Source: Aureliella sp. (GTDB lineage Bacteria > Planctomycetota > Planctomycetia > Pirellulales > Pirellulaceae). Taken from it: a stretch of DNA of 64,000 bases. Position numbers and translations under genes: made by a program. Below the pieces are notes generated by a model. The model was not told the DNA's origin and ran no database searches. It was given only the letters and a program-made list of their open reading frames with translations. The DNA lies in assembly GCA_963691875.1 (NCBI GenBank), contig OY829846.1:3104001-3168000 (forward strand). The letters run 5' to 3'. Shown here one piece after another: positions 41,337 to 52,288 of the stretch (position 1 is the first letter of the stretch; every line of letters begins with the position of its first letter).

Positions 41337-42914
41337 TCATCGCAGTGGTTTGCGATTCGTCGGAGCGCTACGCCCGTTTTCTTTTGCCGTCAGGTCTTTA
41401 AGCAGCTTTTCCATCTCTTCGCGTTTCTTGCCCGAAGTGAAGAACAAGTTGTTGGTTTCGCCTGGGTCGTCAGCAAGATTGTAAAGCTGCCCCTCTGCCT
41501 TGGGTTCTTCTTCCGGCAAGGCGAACTTCTTCATGTTCTCTCGGTCATACTTGTTTCCGCCTGAGCCCACGTGAGCCAAGTACTTCCAGTTCCCCTGTCG
41601 CAACTGAAACTCGCCGCGAAAACTTTGCGTCAGCATATGAGGTCGAATCGAGTCAACCTCGTTCTGCTGGCCCAACAGCACCGGCAGCATATCGAAACTG
41701 TCGACCGCCGCTTCATCCGGTAGAGCGTAGCCAGTCAGTGAAGCCAGCGTCGCAAAGATATCCGTGGTGTTCGTCAGTTGTTTTGAGACGCGCCCGGCGG
41801 GGATCTTGCCCGGCCAACGCGCGATGAAAGGCACCCGATGCCCGCCCTCCCAGCCGTCACGTTTCATGCCGCGCCAATTGCCTGCTGCATCGTGTCGGTG
41901 GTCCTCTCGCATCCAAATCGTATGCATGGTCTCGGGGCCATTGTCTGCGTTAAAGAAGACGATTGTGTTGTCATCAATATTCAGCTTCTTCAGCTCCGCT
42001 AATAGCCGCCCCACTAGCACATCGAGTTCGTGAACAAAATCGCCACGTGGTCCGCCTTTCGACTTTCCATTGAACTCTTCAGCAGGTAGCACGGGCGCGT
42101 GGCAGATTTGAGTGGAAAGAACCACGAAGAAGGGTTGGTCTGGCGTGCTCCGGCGATGCTTTCGGATGAAGTCGACTGTTTTATTGTAAAACAATATGTC
42201 GGCATTCACAAAGTCATAGCCAGGTGACATCCAGCCTTCATCGTTGTCCCACCGCCACTTGCCGCCAGGATTCGGTAAGTTATCTCTCTTATGTCGCATG
42301 CTGGCTGGAACTGGGACCAAGCCATTTTCAATATAGACGTAGAGCGGATCTGTGGTGGGGCAGTTCGGCGTGATAAAGGACTCGTCGAATCCACGTGCGT
42401 TGGGTCCATCGACCAGCGGCGTGCTCTTTGCGTAGTCGATCAACAGAGAATTCTTGAAGCCGCCGCCCAGAATCTTGTTCTGATTGTCGCGCCAAGTCAG
42501 CCCCACATGCCACTTGCCGAACACCCCCGTGTGATACCCCTTGCTCTTCAACATGTCGGCTACCGTCAGTTCGCCCGGCTTGATGTAGCTTGGACCACCC
42601 GGTCCCTCGAAAGCCCGCGTGCCACGACCAGTGCGACAAACCAGCTGCCCAGAATACAAACCGTAGCGAGAAGGTGAGCAAATGGTGCAAGGACTGTGCG
42701 CGTCAGTGAAACGCATTCCTTCCTGAGCCATGCGATCCAGGTTGGGAGTCTGATATGCGCAGTCTGGGTTGTAACAGGATAAATCTCCAAAGCCCAGATC
42801 GTCCGCATAGACAATGACAACGTTGGGCAGCTCCTGTGCTGAGGCTGGATGAAGCAGCAATCCTAAGGCGAGGGAGCAAAGCAATGCGCTGCCCTGCGAG
42901 TTATTAATTATCAT
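41337..42914 (-). CDS. Arylsulfatase
   Basis: PNVVIVYADDLGFGD, CSPSR, GKWH, DNG, EGGHRVP; signal peptide. Confidence 0.95.
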   Translation of the reverse strand: MIINNSQGSALLCSLALGLLLHPASAQELPNVVIVYADDLGFGDLSCYNPDCAYQTPNLDRMAQEGMRFTDAHSPCTICSPSRYGLYSGQLVCRTGRGTRAFEGPGGPSYIKPGELTVADMLKSKGYHTGVFGKWHVGLTWRDNQNKILGGGFKNSLLIDYAKSTPLVDGPNARGFDESFITPNCPTTDPLYVYIENGLVPVPASMRHKRDNLPNPGGKWRWDNDEGWMSPGYDFVNADILFYNKTVDFIRKHRRSTPDQPFFVVLSTQICHAPVLPAEEFNGKSKGGPRGDFVHELDVLVGRLLAELKKLNIDDNTIVFFNADNGPETMHTIWMREDHRHDAAGNWRGMKRDGWEGGHRVPFIARWPGKIPAGRVSKQLTNTTDIFATLASLTGYALPDEAAVDSFDMLPVLLGQQNEVDSIRPHMLTQSFRGEFQLRQGNWKYLAHVGSGGNKYDRENMKKFALPEEEPKAEGQLYNLADDPGETNNLFFTSGKKREEMEKLLKDLTAKENGRSAPTNRKPLR

Positions 42915-43351
42915 ACGTGGGTTCTAAAATGCGGACCGGTCTGCCGATGATGAAATGATCATACCTTGAGTGCCCTGCTACTGGCAAACCAGCGATATTG
43001 CTGCTCAGGGTAGATTAGAGTTTGGATCAGTGAGCCAATGGCACTCGCGATCTATTGCTTTGGTGAGCCGCATCGTCGTGAGCGTCGGGCGATTCTTGAG
43101 TAACGGGATATGCATCTCCGCGGTTCCGCTTAACATGCGGGACTACGAACTGAAGCCCCCGCGGCTAGCTGCAGGTCAGCATTCCTCTATTGCTGCCCAA
43201 CGCTCGTGCTTTGGGCTCACTTCACGAGGAAACCGAGTCGAGAGCGAGGTATTAGCCCTGACAGGCTATCAACTTGAGTCCAAGCCCAAGCAAAAATCAG
43301 TTACACTGGTGCTCCCAAACCCACCCAAATCCATCACGGCGGAGAAATACT

Positions 43352-44860
43352 ATGTCGGCAGTAGTCGAAGCAGCCACAGCAAAACAAGCGACCTTGGATT
43401 TTGTCAGTAGCGAACATAAATTGCTAATCGATGGCGAATGGCAGGCTGCTGCATCGGGGAAGACATTCGAAGTGCGAAATCCGGCCGACGCCTCGGTAAT
43501 CGCTCACGTTGCCGAAGGCGACAAGGCCGATGTAAATCTTGCTGTTGCTGCAGCACGGAGGGCATTTGAATCTGGCCCTTGGCCAAAGATGACCTCTTCG
43601 CAACGTGGCCAATTGCTTTGGAAGCTGGCGGAGCTGCTTGAGATTCACACCGAGGAGTTTGCTGAGATTGAATCGATTGACAACGGTAAGCCTAAGGCTG
43701 TTGCTGCGGCGGCCGATGTTCCCTTGGCCGTCGACCTGTTTCGCTACATGGGTGGTTGGTCCACGAAAATCGAAGGCAACACGCTCCCCATTTCAGTGCC
43801 TTACATGCCTGGTGCTGAATTCCACAGCTTTACCTTGCGAGATCCGATTGGTGTGGTCGGGCAGATCATACCCTGGAACTTCCCGCTGCTGATGGCCGCT
43901 TGGAAACTGGGTCCTGCACTTGCAACTGGCTGCACCGTAGTACTCAAAGTGGCTGAAGAAACTCCGCTGAGTGCCTTGCGGCTCGGGCAGCTAATTCAAG
44001 AAGCTGGCTTTCCACCAGGTGTGGTCAACATCGTCACTGGGTTTGGTGAAACTGCTGGAGCAGCACTCTCTGCCCATCCCGACGTCGACAAAGTTGCGTT
44101 CACTGGTTCGACCGAAGTCGGTAAGTTGATCGTCAAAGCCGCAGGCGAAACCAATTTGAAGAAAATCACACTGGAACTCGGTGGAAAGAGTCCGAATATC
44201 ATTCTGCCAGATGCCGATCTTTCGATGGCCATCCCGGGTGCAGCCAATGCTATTTTCTTCAACCATGGTCAATGCTGCTGCGCCGGCTCCCGCCTGTTTG
44301 TTCACCGCGATCAATTCGATGAAGTCGTAGCTGGTGTCGCTGAGCAAGCGAAGCAGATCAACCTGGCGCCGGGAATGAGCCCTGATTGCGGAATGGGACC
44401 GATGGTTTCCCAGATCCAACAAGATCGCGTCTGTGGTTTCCTAGAAGCTGGCTTGGAAGCGGGCGCCAAGGCTGTTTGTGGTGGACAGAAAGCCGATCGC
44501 GCTGGCTACTTCGTTGAACCAACAGTACTCGTCAACACGACCTCCGATATGCAAGTGATCCAAGAGGAAATATTCGGACCTGTTGTCGCCGCTGTTCCTT
44601 ACGACGACGAAGAACAACTTGTTGCCACCGCCAACGACAGCATCTACGGCTTGGCGGCCGCCGTTTGGTCACGCGACATCAGCCGCGCTCACAGAATGGC
44701 AAAACGCATACGAGCAGGGAATGTATGGGTCAATTGCTACAACATCTTTGACGCTGCCTTGCCGTTCGGCGGCTACAAGCAATCGGGCTGGGGCCGCGAG
44801 ATGGGGCATGAAGCGATCGACCTCTACACCGAAACCAAAGCAGTCACGATTCAGCTTTAA
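43352..44860 (+). CDS. NAD(P)-dependent aldehyde dehydrogenase
   Basis: PWNFPL, FTGST, LELGGKSP, GQCCCAG, EEIFGPV, PFGGYKQSG; GGAG RBS before ATG 43352. Confidence 0.97.
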   Translation: MSAVVEAATAKQATLDFVSSEHKLLIDGEWQAAASGKTFEVRNPADASVIAHVAEGDKADVNLAVAAARRAFESGPWPKMTSSQRGQLLWKLAELLEIHTEEFAEIESIDNGKPKAVAAAADVPLAVDLFRYMGGWSTKIEGNTLPISVPYMPGAEFHSFTLRDPIGVVGQIIPWNFPLLMAAWKLGPALATGCTVVLKVAEETPLSALRLGQLIQEAGFPPGVVNIVTGFGETAGAALSAHPDVDKVAFTGSTEVGKLIVKAAGETNLKKITLELGGKSPNIILPDADLSMAIPGAANAIFFNHGQCCCAGSRLFVHRDQFDEVVAGVAEQAKQINLAPGMSPDCGMGPMVSQIQQDRVCGFLEAGLEAGAKAVCGGQKADRAGYFVEPTVLVNTTSDMQVIQEEIFGPVVAAVPYDDEEQLVATANDSIYGLAAAVWSRDISRAHRMAKRIRAGNVWVNCYNIFDAALPFGGYKQSGWGREMGHEAIDLYTETKAVTIQL

Positions 44861-44921
44861 CAGGCCAAGTCTCTTCAGTACTATTATCCGGCAGAGCCCG
44901 CCCCTGAATTCGACATCGGCT

Positions 44922-44956
44922 GGCGGTCGAACTCGAAAGAGTCGGCCGCCCCTTTT
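44922..44956 (+). terminator. Probable terminator between convergent ALDH and cheA
   Basis: GGCGGTCG-A-ACTC-GAAA-GAGT-CGGCCGCC hairpin followed by CCTTTT. Confidence 0.6.
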
Positions 44957-44985
44957 AGGAACCAATATCGGCAAGCGTGGATTGC

Positions 44986-47871
44986 CTAGGCTATCGCAAG
45001 CTTCTCTTCCGTTTGGCTACCGGCAAATCCAGTGCCTTGCCTATTCGCCATCTCGATGACTTCTGATACATCCAGAATCAGTGACACACGGCCATCACCC
45101 AAGATACTCGCCCCCGCAAAACCTTTTACGTTCTCGTAGTTTTCGGCAAGCGACTTAATCACGATATCTTCTTCTCCAAGAAGGTCATCCACGATGAGCC
45201 CAAGTTCGCTGCCTTTATCACCAACGATCACCAGCGTCTTCTTGGACTTTTCTGACGCGTCCTCACGTTTCACGGAATTGCACTTCAACACATTATGCAG
45301 TTCAATAACAGAGACAACGCATCCGCGGATAACTGCAGTTTGCGCTCCATGCACGCTTGAAAACTGCTCTTCCTCTACTTGAACAATTTCCAGTACGGAT
45401 TCGACGGGAATCGCGAAAACGGACTTGCTGATTACGGTAAGCAGACTCGGCAAAATCGCGATCGTGAATGGCAATTTAACCGTAATTTTCGTCCCCTGAT
45501 GCAGCTCACTGTCGATTTCGACAGTCCCATTTAGCTTCTCAAGCTTGGACAGGACGATATCCATTCCCATGCCTCGGCCTGAGATCTCAGTAACCTGCTC
45601 GGCAGTGCTAAACCCTGGCTGCCAAATCAGCGTGAAGGCTTGGCGATCCGACATGCGATCTGCTTCATCAGAGGTGATTATGCCTTTACTAATAGCTTTC
45701 TGCTTGACTTTCTCGGCATCGATTCCGCCCCCATCATCCCTAACCTCCACACACACCTGGTTGCCTCGGTGGAATGCATCTAGGGTAATCGTACCCTGCT
45801 TGGGTTTTCCATATCTCTCACGTTCGGTCGGTGACTCAATACCGTGATCCGCCGAGTTGCGAATCATATGAATCAGCGGATCGCCAAGCTCATCAATCAT
45901 CCGCTTGTCCAATTCGGTTTTATCACCGCGAATGACGAGTTTAATGTCTTTGTCAGACTCTTTAACATAGTCTCGAACGACTCGCTTGAACCTCGAGAAA
46001 AGGGGGCCAATCGGTACCATTAGCGTGTCCATCACACTTTTCTGGATACCCTCTGCCACCCGATCGAGTTGGTGCACCGATTCGCCAAGATCATTGACGA
46101 GAGCACGCATACTAGAAAGCTGCAACATGTCCGTTTGAATAGACTCGATTTCCGAGCGAAGTCGCTGCAGATCGGATTGCAGGGCATCGGAGTCGAACTG
46201 ACTCTTTCGCGACTTCCGACCTCCATCTCCTACTGTTCGCTCCATTTTCTCCAGCAGACTGGCTGCGCTTTCGAAACGATGCAATGTCTGTTTCTGAACA
46301 CTTAACTCCTTGAATTGATCGCCTATCCGAGCGAATCGAGCTTTATTGATCGCTAGTTGCCCCGCTTGATTCATCAAATTATCGAGTCGTTCAATATCCA
46401 CTCGGATCGTCTCGATAGGACGATCTTTCTTCTTCGCCTCGTCTGACTCCTCCCCTTGTTGGTTATTCTGCGCCTTCGGCCGGGCTTTTCCCGAAGATTT
46501 GGGGGAAGTTGTCTTAACACTTACTGATGCCGCATGAACGGCTTCAGAGGCGGCTTCACCGCCATCTTTCAGTGCAACATTACGTTCAAGCGCACTTAAA
46601 GAGTCGGATTCCGCCGAAGAACCAGCTTGACAGGGTGCAAGCAAAAAATTGTTAAAACCTTCCTCATTCAGTGCCTCCGCAATGTCCTTAATCATCTTGT
46701 CCGTCCGAACAGCAAAACCGTAGCAGGCAGGCCCTGAATCGACGGCATCAGCCTCTGGACGCGTCAAGAGAAGTTCACCTGTATCGGCTATTCGTTGCTG
46801 GATGAGCCGGATTTTGAGTGGAGCGGGACTTTCATCAGGCACAAGCGCAACGACCCCCAGGACGGCCTCGGAGCCATGTCCCCCCTTTAAGAACTCAGCT
46901 TTCAAAGCCTCTAGTTCATTTTTTAAAGCCCCAGGCATTTTAGAACGCTCGGGTTGTACTTGATCCGCACTGGATTCAAGTTTTGCGCCATAAGTCACTA
47001 GCGTTCTTACTGCGTCAACGAGACAATCAGAGTTTGGCTGGTCTGACTTCAGATTAGCAACGAAATCGTTCTGATAATCGATCACGAGTTGAATCGTAGA
47101 GACAAACTGTTCGTCTGGCGGACCAGAAGTGTCACCAAGATTTTGGACGAAATCCTCCAGAAGATGGTTTACGCGCGAGAGTCGATTCAGTCCGATTGTC
47201 CCTGCGCTTCCTTTGATTCGGTGGAGTGTGGCCAAGAGCTTCGAAGCATTAAAGTCCACTCCTGCTTCCAGAATGGCATTAACCTCAGCAAAAGCCTCGT
47301 CAGCTTCGTTCAAGAAGAAGCTAATGTACTTCTCTGGAATAGCCGAATGGTCTCCGATTGCTTGGAAGGCCGCACATTGCTCCTCGGAAGCGTAACACTC
47401 AGTTTTGTCTGCAGCCTGCTCGCAACTTTCCTGTGGTTCTAGCAACTGGGCGAGTTTTACCGTCACCGCTTCAAAAGCATTGGAGTCGCCTGGTGCATCT
47501 AAAGAAAGCCCTTCGATCAGCTCTGAAAGGAGATCCACAGATTCAAGAATCACTTCGACGACGTGCCGCGTGACCACAAGCGAATTGTTTCTGGCCGCAT
47601 CGAATACGTTCTCAACCTTATGTGTCAAATGATTGATATCATCGAAGCCAAGCATGGCGGACAGTCACTTCAGACTGTGCGCGTCGCGAAACATCGCATT
47701 CAAGATCTCAATATCGACTTCGTTTCCGCTGGAATCATCGGACTCCGCGATGGATTCTTCCAACGCCATCAACTCATCGTTCAGGTGAGTCAGGTACGTT
47801 TCGGATTCATCCAGAAAGCCCGAAAGCAACTCGGAGTCTATTTCGCCAAGGAATTCACTGTTCAAAGACAT
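44986..47871 (-). pseudogene. cheA: Chemotaxis kinase CheA (two Hpt domains) interrupted by an in-frame TGA at 47665-47667
   Basis: FRDAHSLK-TGA-LSAMLGF in one frame; second Hpt LHRIKGSAG; dimerisation TIRVDIERLD; HMIRNSADHG, DDGGG, GRGMG; C-terminal CheW domain. Confidence 0.9.
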
Positions 47872-47874
47872 TTC

Positions 47875-48732
47875 TTATCCTCCACAAGCTGTAAGGGCAG
47901 GTGTGTTGCGGTACAAGAATGATTTGACCCGTTCACGATCCGCGACGTAGCGAGTAACACCCTCTGCTGGTCCAAGCACTAGGTAGCCGTTCTTTGCCAA
48001 GCTTCTAAAGAGGTTGGCGACTACTTTCTCTTTCGATTCAGCATCGAAGTAGATCATTACGTTGTTCAGAAAAATCACGTCAAACTTTGCGTTATCGCAC
48101 AAAGCGTCCAAGAGATTGTGAACCCGAAAGTTCACCCATTTCCGCAATTTATCGTTCGGTTTCCAGTAACCTTTCTCAACTTCCTGAAACAAATCTCGCT
48201 TTACTTCACCTGGAACATTGCGGACGCTGCGCTCGTTGTAGAGCGGGTTTTGAGCGGCCTCGACAGTGTCGGCACCAATATCGGTCCCAACGATCTCAAC
48301 GGTCCAACGCTTTGGCTCCTCGAGCTTCGAAGCTAAACAGCAGGCTGCGGTGTATGCCTCATCACCGCGGCTGCTCGCAGCCGACCAGATTCTGACCGTG
48401 GCCCCCCGTTTGCCAGCTGCGACCTGGGTTTCTAATTCAGGAATAAACGATTCACAGAACCACTCCCATTGCTTCTCATGGCGATAGAAGTATGTCTCGT
48501 GCGTTGTGATTGCTTCCAGAAAAGCGGCCCACTCCGGATGCCCGTCCTTTCTCCTAGCTGAATCGAGCAGATCCAAATACTCGTCATAGTTGCCTAGACC
48601 ATTAACTCTCATTCGACTATTCAGGCGACTGGTAACTAGAGATTTCTTCCTCTCCGTAAATCTCAAACCAGTATGATTGTAGATCAAATCCACAAACCGT
48701 TGCATCTGCTTGTCATTGAGGCTTCGATTCAT
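47875..48732 (-). CDS. cheR: Chemotaxis methyltransferase CheR
   Basis: ITTHETYFYR, IWSAASSRGDEAYT, GTDI, HNLL, NVMIYFD. Confidence 0.95.
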   Translation of the reverse strand: MNRSLNDKQMQRFVDLIYNHTGLRFTERKKSLVTSRLNSRMRVNGLGNYDEYLDLLDSARRKDGHPEWAAFLEAITTHETYFYRHEKQWEWFCESFIPELETQVAAGKRGATVRIWSAASSRGDEAYTAACCLASKLEEPKRWTVEIVGTDIGADTVEAAQNPLYNERSVRNVPGEVKRDLFQEVEKGYWKPNDKLRKWVNFRVHNLLDALCDNAKFDVIFLNNVMIYFDAESKEKVVANLFRSLAKNGYLVLGPAEGVTRYVADRERVKSFLYRNTPALTACGG

Positions 48733-48785
48733 CGCTCTCTCTTCGTTGTTATTTCTTCCAGACCTAACCGGTGTTTGTGTTGATC

Positions 48786-49295
48786 CTATACGCCAGCAAG
48801 CTCTTCTTGCTCTGGCACAGCATAGCTACCAAGCAGCTTCTCGATGTCGAGAAGAATCAGCAGCCGATCATCCAGATTTGCCAAGCCTGTTAAGTAGTCA
48901 CGCGCGCATCCGGCGACGGTCGTCGGCGGAGACGCTATCTGGTCTCGCGATACTCTTAGAACTTCACTAACCGCGTCGACCACGACGCCTGTCGTCTTGC
49001 CGTTGAGCTGAGTCACCACGATTCGCGTGTCCTCCGTGGGCTCAACGCTTGGCAACCCAAATCTCAAACGCAAATCAATAATAGGTATTACGGTACTGCG
49101 AAGATTGATAAGTCCCTGCACATACTCGGGCGTCCTTGGAATACTGGTAATCTCGCTGAGCAAGATAATCTCGCGCACTTTGCTGATCTCGATTCCGTAC
49201 TCTTCCTCAGCAATCCGAAAGCTAACGAGCTGTCTGCTTGTCTCTTCGAATGAAGCTGCCTCCGCTGCGTTTCCAACGAATGTAGTATTCATCAT
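48786..49295 (-). CDS. cheW: Chemotaxis coupling protein CheW
   Basis: LVSF...EEYGIEI..VREI, GLINLR, GVVVDAVSEV. Confidence 0.95.
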   Translation of the reverse strand: MMNTTFVGNAAEAASFEETSRQLVSFRIAEEEYGIEISKVREIILLSEITSIPRTPEYVQGLINLRSTVIPIIDLRLRFGLPSVEPTEDTRIVVTQLNGKTTGVVVDAVSEVLRVSRDQIASPPTTVAGCARDYLTGLANLDDRLLILLDIEKLLGSYAVPEQEELAGV

Positions 49296-49371
49296 CTTTT
49301 TCCTTTAGGTTGTTATTTCTTATATTTGCCTGATCCAATCTGAAACGAATGCCCGGCAAAAATGAGCAAAC

Positions 49372-50478
49372 TCAAACGCCTGTGCTAATTCCACCAAGTA
49401 GCTCACTGCACTTGGTTGCAATAAGCTCATGTAGCTCGTCCAGCGAAAACTGGATGTCGACGTGTCCAGCTTTGAAGGCGGCCTTGTTCATTCCGTAGAC
49501 GTCAGAACTAGACTCATCCTGTCCTAGGACCAATCCACCACTAGCCGAAACCGCCTCGCAGCCCGCTACGCCATCAAATCCCATTCCAGTCATGATGACA
49601 CCGATGCACCTTCCCGAAAAAACTGCAGCAGCATCCCTCATCGTGACATCAACAGATGGTTTATGTCCACTTACCGCCGCCTGCTCTTGATCGATCTCAG
49701 TAACCACTTTGGTCCCTGCTCGCACCAACCTGAGATGTTTTCCGCCTGGGGCAAGGAGTGCCTGGTTTGGACGCAATACCTCACCTCCCTGTGCTTCAAT
49801 GACCTTTATTTCCGAGCAAGCATCCAAGCGAGCGGCCAATGAACCGGTAAACGCCTCAGGCATATGCTGAACGATGACAATAGGAGGAAGCGGTGGTACA
49901 AGACGCTCAAATAAACATGCAAGCGCTGGGGGACCGCCAGTTGAAACCCCGATCGCGACACAGCTATCGTGAAATCCTTCGACTACTCTATCACTCTGCG
50001 AAGAGCCCCTCCAACCGGCCTGGTCACACGGCGACTGCTTCATTCTCTCTTTTCGAATTTCAAGCACACGTCGCACATCGGCATTCGCACTTGCACGAAG
50101 CTTCCGCAGCAACATATCCAGAAACTTTTCACTACAAGAACAAGCGTCGGGCTTTGGAATGTAGTCGAAGGCCCCTCGCTCAAGAGCTTGCATCGTTATA
50201 TCTACAGAACGCTTCGTTAGGCTACTTACCACTATCACTGCAGTCGGGCGACTCTCGATAATCGCGTCGAGTGCGTCAAGCCCCTCCATCCGTGGCAACT
50301 GCAAGTCCAGCGTGACGATGTCCGGAAGGAGTTCTTCGTGTTTCTCGACAGCCTCGACTCCATCGCTCGCCGTACCCACAACCTCAAAGTCGCTCTCCTT
50401 AGAAAGTGCGTCGCAAATGACGTTGCGCATTGTTGACGAGTCGTCAACGACTAGAACACGTTTTACATCACTTCTCAT
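49372..50478 (-). CDS. cheB: Chemotaxis methylesterase CheB (REC + esterase)
   Basis: VLVVDDS, VTLDLQLP, GVSTGGP, QHMP, PSVD, MTGMGFDG. Confidence 0.95.
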   Translation of the reverse strand: MRSDVKRVLVVDDSSTMRNVICDALSKESDFEVVGTASDGVEAVEKHEELLPDIVTLDLQLPRMEGLDALDAIIESRPTAVIVVSSLTKRSVDITMQALERGAFDYIPKPDACSCSEKFLDMLLRKLRASANADVRRVLEIRKERMKQSPCDQAGWRGSSQSDRVVEGFHDSCVAIGVSTGGPPALACLFERLVPPLPPIVIVQHMPEAFTGSLAARLDACSEIKVIEAQGGEVLRPNQALLAPGGKHLRLVRAGTKVVTEIDQEQAAVSGHKPSVDVTMRDAAAVFSGRCIGVIMTGMGFDGVAGCEAVSASGGLVLGQDESSSDVYGMNKAAFKAGHVDIQFSLDELHELIATKCSELLGGISTGV

Positions 50479-50528
50479 ATTTGCTTTTCCCTTTGCCGTT
50501 ACCTTTCTCCGGCTCCTACACCATGCAT

Positions 50529-51566
50529 TCAAGCGGTGTGGGTTAACGAACCAACAGAGCCATCTGTCAAATCGACAGAAGGTGAGGGAAGTGGATTCGA
50601 TTCAGTGGCTGGCTTTTCGACACTCTCTTTTGATCGAGCAGATCTACCCATCGTGAACTCATCCGCCAATTCCACAATCCTGGCCAACTCTGGCTTTGTG
50701 ATCTGCGCGTCTGCTCCTACCGATTCGCCCTTCTTATAGTTGTCTGGAGTAAGAATCGAAGAATAGAGAGCTACCGGCAGGCAGGACAGCTGTGGATGCG
50801 ACTTAATGTTCTTGGTCAGGTGCAAACCATCCATTGATGGCATCTCGACGTCACTGATTACAAGATCGGCTATCTCCGATACCGTGCTAGTCTCACTTAA
50901 TCTTTTCTGTAGCCATTCCCAAGCTTGGCGGCCGTTCTCAAACGCAAACACCTGTCCATAACCGCTATCCTGCAGTGTGCTTTCCAATGCGCAACGCACG
51001 GTCGGAGAATCGTCTACAACCATAACCCGGACTGATTCTCGCGGGAGGTCGTTGGGATTCTCCACCGCGACAGAGCTGAGATCGTTCTTGCCGATCTCGG
51101 CCGTAATCAGCTCGAAATCGAGCATCAGGACGAGATGACCTTCGAGATTAGTGACCGCGGTGACGGGCGAGTGACAATCGATAACTACCTGAGGAGCTGG
51201 GGCAATCTGTTCCCAGTCGATCCGGTGAATCCGCTCGACCTCATCAACCAGAAAGGCAATCTGTGACTTATTGAACTCCGTCAGAATCAGGTTGTTGGGA
51301 GTCTCTGGACATGCCTCGAGACCAAGATGCTGCTCTAGCGAAACGCAAGGGATCACGATATCTCGCAGGCGGAAACACTCAACCACCGATGGATGAGACT
51401 CCGGCAAGCGTGTGATTCGTTGCGATGGCAAAATCTCTCGAACTTTTGCCACATTGATCCCGAGTCGATACCCGCCAATGCGGAACACCAGGATTTCCAC
51501 CTCGTTCGTTCCGCTTTCCAGCAGGATGTCGTTTTTTAACAATAGATTGCCTAGCCCTGTCGTCAT
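50529..51566 (-). CDS. cheV: CheV (CheW-REC)
   Basis: ESGTNEVEIL, GINVAKVREI, SDVEMPSMDG, ITKP; AAGGA RBS before ATG 51566. Confidence 0.92.
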   Translation of the reverse strand: MTTGLGNLLLKNDILLESGTNEVEILVFRIGGYRLGINVAKVREILPSQRITRLPESHPSVVECFRLRDIVIPCVSLEQHLGLEACPETPNNLILTEFNKSQIAFLVDEVERIHRIDWEQIAPAPQVVIDCHSPVTAVTNLEGHLVLMLDFELITAEIGKNDLSSVAVENPNDLPRESVRVMVVDDSPTVRCALESTLQDSGYGQVFAFENGRQAWEWLQKRLSETSTVSEIADLVISDVEMPSMDGLHLTKNIKSHPQLSCLPVALYSSILTPDNYKKGESVGADAQITKPELARIVELADEFTMGRSARSKESVEKPATESNPLPSPSVDLTDGSVGSLTHTA

Positions 51567-51642
51567 CGCTCTATCCTTTGGTTGTCCAGCGTCCATTGAC
51601 GCCCGTATTCATCCGCTTGTTTACAGCCAAGTAGCCTGCTCT

Positions 51643-52125
51643 CTACAAGACTATTACATGCTTTCCAGCTACCCTGACTTGGAGTTCACAAGTCGCGCAG
51701 TTGAAAATAATTTTTCGGCTTTGTTCGCCGCCTATGTGTTCGGCCACAACCGCAATCCCCAACCCATCGAGCACGCTCTTCACCGACGCATGATTCTGTT
51801 TTCCGATTTGCATCGGACCAGCAGCGCCCAGTACATTGGCTCCGCCAGCTAACTTGGCGTTTACCGATGCCTGGCCTACCCCTTCCTTTGCGAGCGATAC
51901 CAGCATTGCTGGTATCGCTTGGTCGGCAAATCTCGCGTTGCTTCCTTCTCGACCTTCTGAGTATGGAAGAACAATGTGTGCCACCGCCGCAATTTTCTTC
52001 CTCCTGCAGTACAGTGCCAACCCAATGCACGATCCGAGTATGACTTGTGCCACATCACTTTCTCGCAGGACGATGAAGTGCCCCATACCAACTGTGTAGA
52101 GACTCACTCGTTTTATGGAGGGCAT
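51643..52125 (-). CDS. cheD: Chemoreceptor glutamine deamidase CheD
   Basis: ILGSCIG, AHIVLP, AKLAGGA, IGKQN, EHIGG..SRKI. Confidence 0.92.
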   Translation of the reverse strand: MPSIKRVSLYTVGMGHFIVLRESDVAQVILGSCIGLALYCRRKKIAAVAHIVLPYSEGREGSNARFADQAIPAMLVSLAKEGVGQASVNAKLAGGANVLGAAGPMQIGKQNHASVKSVLDGLGIAVVAEHIGGEQSRKIIFNCATCELQVRVAGKHVIVL

Positions 52126-52288
52126 AGACCTAGACCAGTAAGTCGCTTCGTCATACTTCAGTTAACGCATACAGGTGTCGGACCGATCGCATCAGGTCAG
52201 AAACTGATGCAGCCTGCTTATAGCAAGCCGCATCTCCGAACCGTTCTCTGTCTCGTGGACAGATCCGACCTGCCAATACGCCTGTTAA

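Noticed and set aside
42970..43410. 146-aa ORF upstream of the aldehyde dehydrogenase
   Set aside because: No motif; it overlaps the ALDH start and occupies the divergent promoter region.
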